Shown here in pieces: positions 23,901-31,189 of a DNA stretch of 32,220 nucleotides; within the stretch, counting starts at the first letter, position 1; every line of letters begins with the position of its first letter. The position numbers and the translations under genes are program-made. The notes under the pieces were generated by a model. That model was not told the DNA's origin. It ran no database searches and saw nothing but the letters and a program-made list of their open reading frames with translations. The DNA is from an uncultured Christensenellaceae bacterium (GTDB lineage: Bacteria; Bacillota; Clostridia; Christensenellales; SZUA-584), in NCBI GenBank assembly GCA_964547655.1, contig CAZJOS010000003.1, positions 1 to 32,220 on the forward strand. Reading direction: 5' to 3'.

Positions 23901-25237
23901 CAGCCCGAAGAGCACGCTTCGTTGAGTATTACCTCGTCGATAACGCCGTCTTTAATGCGCATGCACTTCATATCCTGCCCGCCTATATCGAGTATGAAGT
24001 CGGTATCCGGCCTGAAATGCCTGGCTGCTGTGTAATGCGCCACCGTCTCCACCTCGCCGCAGTCTAAAGTAAACGCGGCCTTTGCGAGGCCCTCGCCGTA
24101 CCCTGTGGAAGCCGCGTGCGCTATATAAGCTCCCTTTGGCAGCAGGTCGTATATTTCGCTTAATATCTCTTTTATTATGTCGAGCGGGCGTCCTTCATTA
24201 GAGCCGTAATGCGTATGGAGTATACTGCCGTCCTGCGATATGAGCACCGTTTTAGTGGTCGTGGACCCCGCGTCTATCCCGAGGTAACAGGCTCCGCTAT
24301 ACCCTTGTAAAGGCGCCTTTTTAACATCAGCCGCAGCGTGCCGCTCTTTGAATGCTGCGTATTCGTCTTTGTCGCCAAACAGCGGCTTAAGATGCGTTGA
24401 CGTGTCGTCAAACGCCGCCTCAGAATGCGCACGCTCTAAGAGAGCTTTGAGGCTTACCTTTCTATTAGCCATTATGGCCGCACCCGCCGCGACGAACATC
24501 ATGGCGTGCTCAGTCTCCATTATATCTTCGGGAGCCATCTTCAGCGTCTTTATAAACTGCGATTTGAGCGACGGCAGGAAGTGCAGCGGCCCGCCTAAGA
24601 ACGCTATCTTTCCTCTTATGGGGCGCCCGCAGGCAAGCCCGCTTATGGTCTGGTTTACAACCGCTTTAAAAACCGAAGCCGCTATGTCTTCCCGCGCCGC
24701 TCCTTCGTTTATAAGCGGCTGTATATCGCTCTTGGCGAATACGCCGCAGCGCGCCGCTATCTCGTATATATGCGTCGCCTTTGCGGCAAGGGAGTTAAGG
24801 CCCATTGCGTCAGTCTGCAGCAGCGAGGCCATCTGGTCGATAAACGCCCCGGTTCCTCCGGCACACGTGCCGTTCATCCTCTGCTCCGTACTGCCCGAAA
24901 AGTAAGTTATCTTGGCGTCTTCCCCGCCAAGCTCTATCGCTACGTCGGTCTCGGGTATGAATTTTTTTACGGCATTGCTCGCGGCGATGACTTCCTGCAC
25001 GAACGGAAGCCCCAGCCACTTGCCTGCCGAGAGGCCGCCCGAGCCCGTAACGCACGCGTGCACCTCTATATCGCCCAGCGCGGCATAGGCGTCTTCAAGC
25101 ATCGCCCGTACCGCGCCCGTTATTTCGCTCATATGCCTTTTATAATAGCCGTATACGCTTTTGCCCTGCTTTACCGCAGCGCATTTGACCGTAGTCGACC
25201 CTATATCCAATCCTATTTTACAGATCGCCTTGTCCAT
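20957..25237 (-). CDS. fused 2x BadF/BadG/BcrA/BcrD-type ATPase plus 2-hydroxyacyl-CoA-dehydratase-like protein (CoA-substrate-specific enzyme activase family)
   Basis: 1426 aa. Two ASKHA ATPase phosphate-1 motifs (IGLDIGSTTVKCA and LGIDAGSTTTKTV), a Cys cluster RCGGCENNC near residue 600, and then a long HgdB/DUF2229-like C-terminal half. RBS GGAGAAGGAAAA. Confidence 0.9.
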   Translation of the reverse strand: MDKAICKIGLDIGSTTVKCAAVKQGKSVYGYYKRHMSEITGAVRAMLEDAYAALGDIEVHACVTGSGGLSAGKWLGLPFVQEVIAASNAVKKFIPETDVAIELGGEDAKITYFSGSTEQRMNGTCAGGTGAFIDQMASLLQTDAMGLNSLAAKATHIYEIAARCGVFAKSDIQPLINEGAAREDIAASVFKAVVNQTISGLACGRPIRGKIAFLGGPLHFLPSLKSQFIKTLKMAPEDIMETEHAMMFVAAGAAIMANRKVSLKALLERAHSEAAFDDTSTHLKPLFGDKDEYAAFKERHAAADVKKAPLQGYSGACYLGIDAGSTTTKTVLISQDGSILHTHYGSNEGRPLDIIKEILSEIYDLLPKGAYIAHAASTGYGEGLAKAAFTLDCGEVETVAHYTAARHFRPDTDFILDIGGQDMKCMRIKDGVIDEVILNEACSSGCGSFLETFAASLGCTIEEFASQALLSPNPVDLGSRCTVFMNSKVRQAQKEGASLGAISAGLSYSVVKNALYKVIKLKNAEELGKGIVVQGGTFLNDAVLRALELLSGREVVRPAIAGLMGAYGAALIAKEKCPGGAVSAIVSKEALADMHIAKTNTRCGGCENNCRLTVNSFGDGRKFISGNRCERGAGKTESGKLPDMYEYTYNRMFSYKPLEPENAKRGDIGIPRVLGMYENYPFWHTFFTALSYRVVLSPRSSRSVYTAGIESIPSESLCYPAKLAHGAVRKLIDAGVKTIFFPCVPYEKKEQRRAANNYNCPIVTSYPENIKNNMPEIKENGVDLIMPFLPMDRIARLTRRLAEEFSDIPQAEVKNAAMLAWREKLKFQSDIRRQGERIAARVKRGEFKAIVLGGRPYHIDPEINHGISSIVTSLGFAVLTEQSIAHLGEYKPIRVLDQWMYHTRIYSAAHFAGKTPGVELVQLNSFGCGLDAVVTDQVQEILKGYGKVYTLIKIDEISNTGAIKIRLRSLAAAIQERGRKGRLQEIAEAVRGKAEAVKNRAVEYKKIVFENFMKKEYTILSPQMSPIHFDFLRAAFQASGYKFELLPSVDKSAVDEGLKYVNNDACYPSILVTGQLIEAVKSGRYDTRKLACIISQTGGGCRASNYISFIRKALKDAGYGYIPVISLSAGGIEKHPGFKITLPLLKRCMRAMIYGDLLNRLTLATRPYEATKGDADSACLRWRDVGIENIRTLSKRRFKRSIVDMVREFDDIPVADIKKPVIGVVGEILVKYHPTANNQIVKVLEEEGAEVKVPDLIDFLLYCAYNMNFKHEKLGRPKLFAHFGNAAISIIENSRKLMRSVLESSRRFSAPSFISEKAKAAAEFLSIGNQTGEGWFLTGEMAELLREGADGIVCVQPFACLPNHIVGKGVIQPIRARFPEANIVAIDYDPGASEVNQLNRIKLMLSLAQDKMKKASGMGSKHQSAG

Positions 25238-25358
25238 TTTTCCTTCTCCGTTTTAATGCAACGTTAAGTATACACCTATCCGCGCCGTTGTAAAGGGCTG
25301 TACGACAAAAATTATCATCCATAAGCATTATCTAACAATAAGCGCTTTAATGTGAAGC

Positions 25359-25387
25359 TTGCCTCAGAAACAGCGTTATGATAATAT
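25359..25387 (+). promoter_or_regulatory. putative extended -10 sigma-A promoter of the DapB-like gene
   Basis: TTGCCT (25359-25364), a 17-nt spacer ending in TGa, then TAATAT (25382-25387). Confidence 0.5.
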
Positions 25388-25394
25388 AAATGTA

Positions 25395-25691
25395 CGTTAT
25401 AATCAGCTATAATGCGATTTATACCGGGACAGCCGTTCCTCATTTCTGCGGCGCCCGGCATTGGTAAGGAGTACCGGCGCTAAAGTTCAGGGCCGGCAAT
25501 CCGGTGTCAAGACAGTCAGTCCGGCTTTTATTCTCTGAAGACTTTTTTAAGTTTGCCGGGTCATCTTTTCAGTAAGGTTTGGGGTTTGCCGCTGTAAATA
25601 CTCATGAGGCATCGGGCGCGATATATTAGCGCCCGGGATTATTGCTTTTAATGCGGGACATAATGATTTATACATAGAAGGGGGAGAGCAT
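25395..25691 (+). promoter_or_regulatory. structured 5' leader of about 300 nt with a terminator-like hairpin (unclassified cis-regulatory RNA candidate)
   Basis: Local hairpin GCGCCCGG (25451-25458) / CCGGCGC (25474-25480). A terminator-like stem CGGGCGC (25613-25619) / GCGCCCG (25629-25635) is followed by GGATTATTGCTTTTA. The upstream GCGCCCGG is identical to the 3' arm of the terminator, so alternative pairings are possible. Confidence 0.35.
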
Positions 25692-26471
25692 ATGAAGATA
25701 AGTTTCGGATTATTCGGGTTCGGAAAAACCGGATACTTTGTTGCGCAGGAGATAATAAAAGATAAGGACTGCGATTTAAAGTGGGTCCTCAGGAAATCGA
25801 AAAAACACGAGGGCGAATACGCGGGGCGGCTGCTCGGGTTCAATACCGAAGATGGGCTTATCCGCTCTGTCGACTCGATAGATAAGAGCACGTTTTTCAG
25901 GGAAAACTGCGTTGACGTGATAGTGGATTTCTCAAGCAGGTCTGCTGTCGAAACATATAAGCACGCGGCGCCCTGCGGCACGCGGATAGTATCCGCGGTG
26001 TCCAAATACGATAAAGAACATCTAAACCAGCTGCGCGAGCTGGGGGAGCAGACAGCGGTGCTCTACTCCCCAAATATAACGCTCGGCATTAACTTTCTCA
26101 TCGAGATATCGAAAGTGCTGCAGCGCATAGTACCGCACGCCGACATAGAAATAATAGAGGAGCATTTCAGGGACAAGCCCGACGTTTCCGGTACGGCTCT
26201 CCGTATCGCCGAAGACCTGGGGCTCGACAGGCAAAAACACGTAAACTCTATACGCGTAGGCGGTATAGTCGGAAATCACGAAGTCGTGTTCGGCCTTCCG
26301 AACCAGACCATCCGCCTCATACACGAATCTCTCAACCGGGCGGCCTTCGGCCAGGGCGCTATATACGCCGCAAAGTGGCTTATGAAGAAGAACAGCGGCG
26401 TGCATACTATGGAGGAAGCCGTGAAATTGAGTTTCGCGAAAAACCTCAACGTGTTCGAGCCGGAGTCTTAA
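25692..26471 (+). CDS. dihydrodipicolinate reductase (DapB)-like oxidoreductase, divergent
   Basis: N-terminal Rossmann GLFGFGKTG, SPNITLGINFL, DIEIIEEHFRDKPDVSGTAL (DapB has E-x-HH-x-x-K-x-DAPSGTA) and RVGGIVGNHEVVF...FGQGAIYAAKWL. RBS GGGGGAGAG. Confidence 0.75.
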   Translation: MKISFGLFGFGKTGYFVAQEIIKDKDCDLKWVLRKSKKHEGEYAGRLLGFNTEDGLIRSVDSIDKSTFFRENCVDVIVDFSSRSAVETYKHAAPCGTRIVSAVSKYDKEHLNQLRELGEQTAVLYSPNITLGINFLIEISKVLQRIVPHADIEIIEEHFRDKPDVSGTALRIAEDLGLDRQKHVNSIRVGGIVGNHEVVFGLPNQTIRLIHESLNRAAFGQGAIYAAKWLMKKNSGVHTMEEAVKLSFAKNLNVFEPES

Positions 26472-26631
26472 CGCATAATACAACGTGAAAGCGGAGAAGC
26501 AGGACGGCGGGCTGCTCGATGTAGAGCTGTACGTAAAGCTGCCCGAAGGCTACGACGCGTCCGGCCTCATGGCTCTCTTTAAAGACAACCCCCACCTAAA
26601 GTCCATCGAATATTAAGCGCTATAAAAGTAA

Positions 26632-26654
26632 AAGCCCTCCGTTTAAGAGGGCTT
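26632..26654. terminator. bidirectional intrinsic terminator between convergent genes
   Basis: AAGCCCTC-CGTTTAA-GAGGGCTT, flanked by T-rich sequence when read on either strand. Confidence 0.6.
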
Positions 26655-26669
26655 ATATTCTTGACTATA

Positions 26670-27800
26670 TTATTTGAGATGTTTCACATAGCAGCGCCTG
26701 CGCTTATGCTGCTCGACGTCGTAGTTCTTCCAGAAATCCTGTATCTTTTTGTTGAGCTCCAGTTCCGGCGATGACTCCGCGTACTTAACGCCCTGCCCTA
26801 TTGCCGACGCCGTTATCTCGTTCATAAGCAGCGCGGCAAGCCCGGCTTTCTGGTAATCGGGATGTACGGCGACGAGATACAGTTCGATGACCTTCGGCCT
26901 CCAGGTGGCGTTGAGAAGATGCGCCCACCCAAATGGCAGAAATCTGCCTTTGCATTTCTGGAGCGCCCTCGCAAACGACGGGGCCGCAAGAGCGAACCCA
27001 ACGAGCTTATTGTTATCGTCTACTATGAGTTTCGCGAAATGGGGGTTAAGAAGCGGGGTGAAGCGGCGCAGGTAATCCTTCGCGACTTTTTCGGTATAAG
27101 GTACTACGCCATATAGGTCTTTATAACACTCGCTCAAAAGGCTGAATACCTGTATCACTATCGGCCTCGCGTCTTTCATGCGCTTAAGGGGGAAGAAATG
27201 GACGCTGGAGCGCTCCATTACCTTTCTGGCAAGCTCCTGCACTCGCGCTATGCGCTTGTCACCCTTCTCCGGGGCTTTTACCCTGAATTCGACCCAGTCG
27301 ACATCTTTCCTGTAGCCGTGGGCCTCGTAATGCACCGGGTAATAAGGATAGTTGTATATGGTGACCGAGGAGCCTATGCGCTCATACCCCTCTACAAGCA
27401 GGCCTTCTTTATCGAGGTCGGTAAACCCTAATGGGCCGTGCGCTTCGTTAAGCCCGAGTTCCTTAGCCCATCCTTCCACCGCGCCGAAAAGCGCGCCCGA
27501 TACTTCCATGTCGTCTATGAAGTCCATCCTCGTTATGCGGATCTGCTTCTGGTCCCAGCGCTCGTTTGCCGTGCGGTTAACTATAGCTCCGACCCGCCCG
27601 ACTATTTTTCCGTCTCTGTATGCAAGGAAAAATTTTGCGTCGCAGTATTCGAACGAGAAATTGGTTTCGGGCATTAGCATGTCCAATTCGTCACCCTTGA
27701 ATTCAGGCACGTAATTCTTCTGTCCTTTATACAGCTTGTCCGGAAAGTTGATAAACTTTTTAAGGTCTTTCTTCTCCGATATCTCTCTTACTTCAACCAT
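26670..27800 (-). CDS. GNAT-fold N-acyltransferase family protein (about 376 aa)
   Basis: The start was chosen at the ATG at 27800 (MVEVREISEKKDLKKF..., GAGG 8 nt upstream). The track start at 27821 lacks an RBS. The C-terminal acetyl-CoA-binding-like segment is VAVHPDYQKAGLAALLMNE. Length and layout match a widespread uncharacterised GNAT family. Confidence 0.7.
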   Translation of the reverse strand: MVEVREISEKKDLKKFINFPDKLYKGQKNYVPEFKGDELDMLMPETNFSFEYCDAKFFLAYRDGKIVGRVGAIVNRTANERWDQKQIRITRMDFIDDMEVSGALFGAVEGWAKELGLNEAHGPLGFTDLDKEGLLVEGYERIGSSVTIYNYPYYPVHYEAHGYRKDVDWVEFRVKAPEKGDKRIARVQELARKVMERSSVHFFPLKRMKDARPIVIQVFSLLSECYKDLYGVVPYTEKVAKDYLRRFTPLLNPHFAKLIVDDNNKLVGFALAAPSFARALQKCKGRFLPFGWAHLLNATWRPKVIELYLVAVHPDYQKAGLAALLMNEITASAIGQGVKYAESSPELELNKKIQDFWKNYDVEQHKRRRCYVKHLK

Positions 27801-27984
27801 TCCCCAAACCTCGTCATTCAATTATATAAAATTATTATAGCAAATACGCCTTTATAAGTACATAAAAAGAATATCCGGGGTTAAAATAAATTGATGCCCG
27901 TTGTATAGAAATTGATTTCCTGGCAACAATCGTGATATAGCAACCGCTTTTATGCTCCTTTATATTTTGCGTAAATAGACGATA

Positions 27985-28026
27985 CGCAAAAAAAGAAACA
28001 GGCCGCGAGTACCCGCGGCCTGTTTC
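27985..28026 (-). terminator. strong intrinsic terminator after mreD
   Basis: On the reverse strand: GAAACAGGCCGCG-GGTACT-CGCGGCCTGTTTC, a 13-bp perfect stem, followed by TTTTTTT. Confidence 0.75.
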
Positions 28027-28034
28027 AATTCTGT

Positions 28035-28556
28035 CTACATCAATCTCTTGAAGTCCCTGGCGCTCTTTTTTTTCATCGCCTTCGTGCCGTAAATACGCCT
28101 CATTATGTAGTGGACGAGCAGCATGAAAACTACTGTCAGAACAGCCTGGGGAAGTATGTAACGCAAAAACATCTCTAAGATAGAGAACTGCCTGTCGATC
28201 ATATATGCGAGTATAGCGGACAGCCCCTGCCTGAAAAAATAGGCGCCGGCAGCAAACGCGAGAGGAAGAAATACTTTATCGATATACCCCACGTTCTTGC
28301 GTACATAATACGCGGCAACGCCTGTAAGAAAAAGCGGCAGGGCGTTAAAACCTATTGGTCCAATAAAAATATCGATGCCCAGGCCGCAGGCGAGCCCTAC
28401 CCACGCTCCTGCCATGCCGTCGTCGAGTACCGCAAGTGACGCTATCGTACATATTACGATATCGGGAGCATACCCGGCTATATTTATATTAGGAAAAACC
28501 GTATTGGTAAATATAAGGTTGGTAAACGTGACCGCAAGCAGTATGAGGTTTCTCAT
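28035..28556 (-). CDS. mreD: rod shape-determining protein MreD
   Basis: 173-aa polytopic membrane protein immediately downstream of mreC, overlapping it by 4 nt. MreD-like pattern PDIVICTIASLAV...GLACGLGIDIF. Confidence 0.8.
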   Translation of the reverse strand: MRNLILLAVTFTNLIFTNTVFPNINIAGYAPDIVICTIASLAVLDDGMAGAWVGLACGLGIDIFIGPIGFNALPLFLTGVAAYYVRKNVGYIDKVFLPLAFAAGAYFFRQGLSAILAYMIDRQFSILEMFLRYILPQAVLTVVFMLLVHYIMRRIYGTKAMKKKSARDFKRLM

Positions 28557-29479
28557 CCCAGAGCCTCTTTTATGTCTATAGGCTTTGTGGTGATTATCAT
28601 GACCTCTTCGATATGGACAAAATCGACATACGGAGTAACCACCGCCATATTGCGCATGCTGACGCCCGGGCTTGGTTCCGGGCTTGCTCCCGGGCTCACT
28701 TCCGGGCCGGCTCCCGCATCGTTATCGATGCCGATGCCGCCTCTGCTTACTTCCGTGACCTTGCCGATACGTATTCCTTTGGGAAATACTCCTTCAAGCC
28801 CCGACGTTATGACCGTATCTCCCGGGATAAGGTCGGCGTCGAGAGGCAGATAGCTTAAATTAAGCACCGCTTCGCTCTCGCTCCCGGTGGATATCGTTCC
28901 CGTAAGTATGCCGTTGTCTCTAGTTCTCTCAACAATAGCCGAAACGCCGCTCATCGAGTCTATTATCGTCATAACGCGGCACCAGTTGGCCCCCACGTCG
29001 ACTACCCTGCCTACAAGCCCGTCTCCGTTGACTACTGGCATATCGATTTCAATGCCGTCCGCCATGCCTTTATTTAAAACCATCGTATTGAACCAGACCC
29101 CGTCGCCATTAAATATGACTCTTGCCGTAACCATCTCAAAATTTTGGTCAGTCGTGTCAAAATTGAGAAGAGCGGCCAGCCTTTTATTCTCGGCTTTTAT
29201 ATTTTCGTAATCCTGCAGCTGCCCTTCAAGCTCCGCAACCCGCGCTTTCAGCTCGGCGTTTTCAGTCTGCAAATCCCCGCTCGCAAAAACCCTGGAGAAA
29301 AAGTTCGATATCGCATCGGTCGCCGAATATAAAGCGCTTTGAACAGGGGAGAGTATGCTTCCGGCTATGCTCTCCGTTCCCGACATGTTGTTTTTCCCTG
29401 CGGTCAATATGAGCAAAACAAGCAGGATTATAGTCGTTATCACCGTTACCACCAACGGCCTGTTGCGCCAGAATGACAT
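28553..29479 (-). CDS. mreC: rod shape-determining protein MreC
   Basis: N-terminal TM helix, coiled coil (LQTENAELKARVAELEGQLQDYENIKAENKRL) and beta-barrel motifs (VVNGDGLVGRVVDVGANWCRVMTIID and GDTVITSGLEGVFPKGIRIGKV). A TGATATAAT extended -10 is on the reverse strand at 29524-29516. Confidence 0.9.
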   Translation of the reverse strand: MSFWRNRPLVVTVITTIILLVLLILTAGKNNMSGTESIAGSILSPVQSALYSATDAISNFFSRVFASGDLQTENAELKARVAELEGQLQDYENIKAENKRLAALLNFDTTDQNFEMVTARVIFNGDGVWFNTMVLNKGMADGIEIDMPVVNGDGLVGRVVDVGANWCRVMTIIDSMSGVSAIVERTRDNGILTGTISTGSESEAVLNLSYLPLDADLIPGDTVITSGLEGVFPKGIRIGKVTEVSRGGIGIDNDAGAGPEVSPGASPEPSPGVSMRNMAVVTPYVDFVHIEEVMIITTKPIDIKEALG

Positions 29480-29597
29480 TTCGCGCCCTCTTTTCTTCGA
29501 TTGTACCCGGCTGATATTATATCATATATGTCCGCTGTAAAACAACGAAGATAAGTTAACATATCCGCTTCACCGTTTTTTTTACTTTAACGCCGTA

Positions 29598-29626
29598 TTG
29601 ACTATGAGGCGCGTCTGTTATAGTAT
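29598..29626 (+). promoter_or_regulatory. putative sigma-A promoter of the pseudouridine synthase gene
   Basis: TTGACT (29598-29603), a 17-nt spacer, then TAGTAT (29621-29626). Confidence 0.5.
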
Positions 29627-29662
29627 TCTGTTGGTATTATAAAGATTTTTTAGGAGCAGCGT

Positions 29663-30595
29663 ATGGTTTTTCTTAAGGCGGCAGGCGGTAACAGCGGAAA
29701 AGAACTCTTTGATCTTATTTCAGAAAAATATCCGGAAGCGGATGAACGGGCCCTCGTTGCCGCTTTTAAAAACGGAAATATAACGCTTAACGGCAAGGAA
29801 GCGTACGGAGACGACAAAGTTCATGCGGGAGACGGCATACGCCTTTTTCTTACTGAAGACGTTCTCGGGGCGGCTCTTGTGCCCAAAATAATATATCAGG
29901 ATGAGAATTTTATAATAGCCGACAAACCCGCCGGTTTGCCTTCGATATCGGAAAGCAATGAACCCTGCGCGGTCAGCGTGGCTGAGGAAGCGATGAAGCA
30001 AAGTGGCGAGTACAACCTTCAGGCGCTTATCGTTCCTTATCTTATATATCCTCTCGACATGTATGTAAGCGGCCTTCTTATATTGGCAAAGCATGAGGAC
30101 GCATATCTTTTTTTGGCTCAGGCTATTACCCAGCGGCGCGTAACAAGGTATTATATCTGCCCGGTGGCCGGGCAGGCCAAGGAGAAGGACGAGCTTCTGG
30201 CGTACCATATGATTGACAAGCCGGGCAGGAACGTGCGTATACTGAGCAGCCAGCAGAAAAACTCGAAACCTATCGTTACAAGGTATGCTGCCCTATCTTC
30301 CGGAGAGAATATGACTTTGCTGAGCGCTCGCCCCATAACGAATTATTTGCATCAGGTAAGGGCGCACCTCGCATTTGAAGGCCTCCCGGTCTTAGGCGAC
30401 GACACATACGGCAACAGGCGGTTCAACAAAAGGTACGGAGCCTCTCATATCGCTCTCTGGCTGAAAACCGTTGTTTTTGAGACGGGGACCAACAACAGTT
30501 ACGCGTATTTGAACGGGAAAAAATTCGAATCCGCAAACTGCAGTTTTCCTAAATGCGTATACGATGCCGGCCTCATTGAACCGGCTGATATATGA
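29663..30595 (+). CDS. RluA-family pseudouridine synthase
   Basis: S4-like N-terminus, IIADKPAGLPS, the catalytic-Asp motif region YPLDMYVSGLLILAK, and HQVRAHLAFEGLPVLGDDTYG. Confidence 0.85.
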   Translation: MVFLKAAGGNSGKELFDLISEKYPEADERALVAAFKNGNITLNGKEAYGDDKVHAGDGIRLFLTEDVLGAALVPKIIYQDENFIIADKPAGLPSISESNEPCAVSVAEEAMKQSGEYNLQALIVPYLIYPLDMYVSGLLILAKHEDAYLFLAQAITQRRVTRYYICPVAGQAKEKDELLAYHMIDKPGRNVRILSSQQKNSKPIVTRYAALSSGENMTLLSARPITNYLHQVRAHLAFEGLPVLGDDTYGNRRFNKRYGASHIALWLKTVVFETGTNNSYAYLNGKKFESANCSFPKCVYDAGLIEPADI

Positions 30596-30885
30596 ACATA
30601 ATTTCTATTTAATGTATAATGTTACATATTGAGTTATATCTTTGTGAATTTTTTTAAGATTTCAACACTTTTTTTGTCAAAAGTATATACAACATTAGTT
30701 ATATGTGTGATATTATACGTCTAGTGCTTATGGCTTGATCCGATAAAAAATATTTCTCAGATAATAAATTTTGATAAAATCGAAGAAGGGTTTAACGGCC
30801 TTGAGTACAGGCGATCCGCAGAATGAAGGGCGGCGGGTCTTAAAGTTTTTATATTGCGTCTAAGCATTCTTTTGTGGGGTGTTAT

Positions 30886-31125
30886 ATGCGGTTTGCGGGG
30901 TCAGGCAGCTCAGATAAGCGTTGCCTTGAAAAAAATACTTCCGGTATACTGAAAAAAGAGCAGAAAAAACTTGAACGAATGATACTCGAGTCATTTAAAA
31001 AAGGCGACGGAAATCTTGGTAACAACGAAGATATCTTAAAGCAAAGTATAAAAGTAGACAAGCTTATCGTTAACGAGATGATAAAAACCGATATAGCAGT
31101 CAGCGATGGAGTTACAAAAAAATAA
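30886..31125 (+). CDS. Spo0E-like aspartyl-phosphate phosphatase family protein (tentative)
   Basis: 79 aa from the ATG at 30886 (GGGGTG 6 nt upstream). The helical hairpin-type sequence has ILKQSIKVDKLIVNEM, which resembles the Spo0E signature SQELDxLI. It lies in an AT-rich island. Confidence 0.45.
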   Translation: MRFAGSGSSDKRCLEKNTSGILKKEQKKLERMILESFKKGDGNLGNNEDILKQSIKVDKLIVNEMIKTDIAVSDGVTKK

Positions 31126-31189
31126 TTGCAGCTTAGGCTGTTTTTCTTTATTTTTGTTTTTTATTAATTAATGTTTAGGGGAAATTGTG

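Noticed and set aside
21117-24905. Numerous plus-strand ORFs (up to 206 aa) inside 20957..25237
   Set aside because: All are shadow frames of the 1426-aa gene, whose domains are recognisable along its entire length.
25395-25691. Lysine riboswitch or T-box assignment for the DapB-like leader
   Set aside because: I looked for the L-box core (AGAGGCGC ... GGAGCGCU, ACUGUCA) and the T-box sequence (GGGUGGUACCGCG). Only a loose resemblance was found (GGTAAGGAGTACCGGCG), and it sits 150 nt away from the terminator, which is the wrong geometry. The element is left unclassified.
25547-26483. Minus-strand ORFs 25547..26005 and 26022..26483
   Set aside because: They are antisense to the DapB-like gene and its leader. 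They show no motifs and no translation signals.
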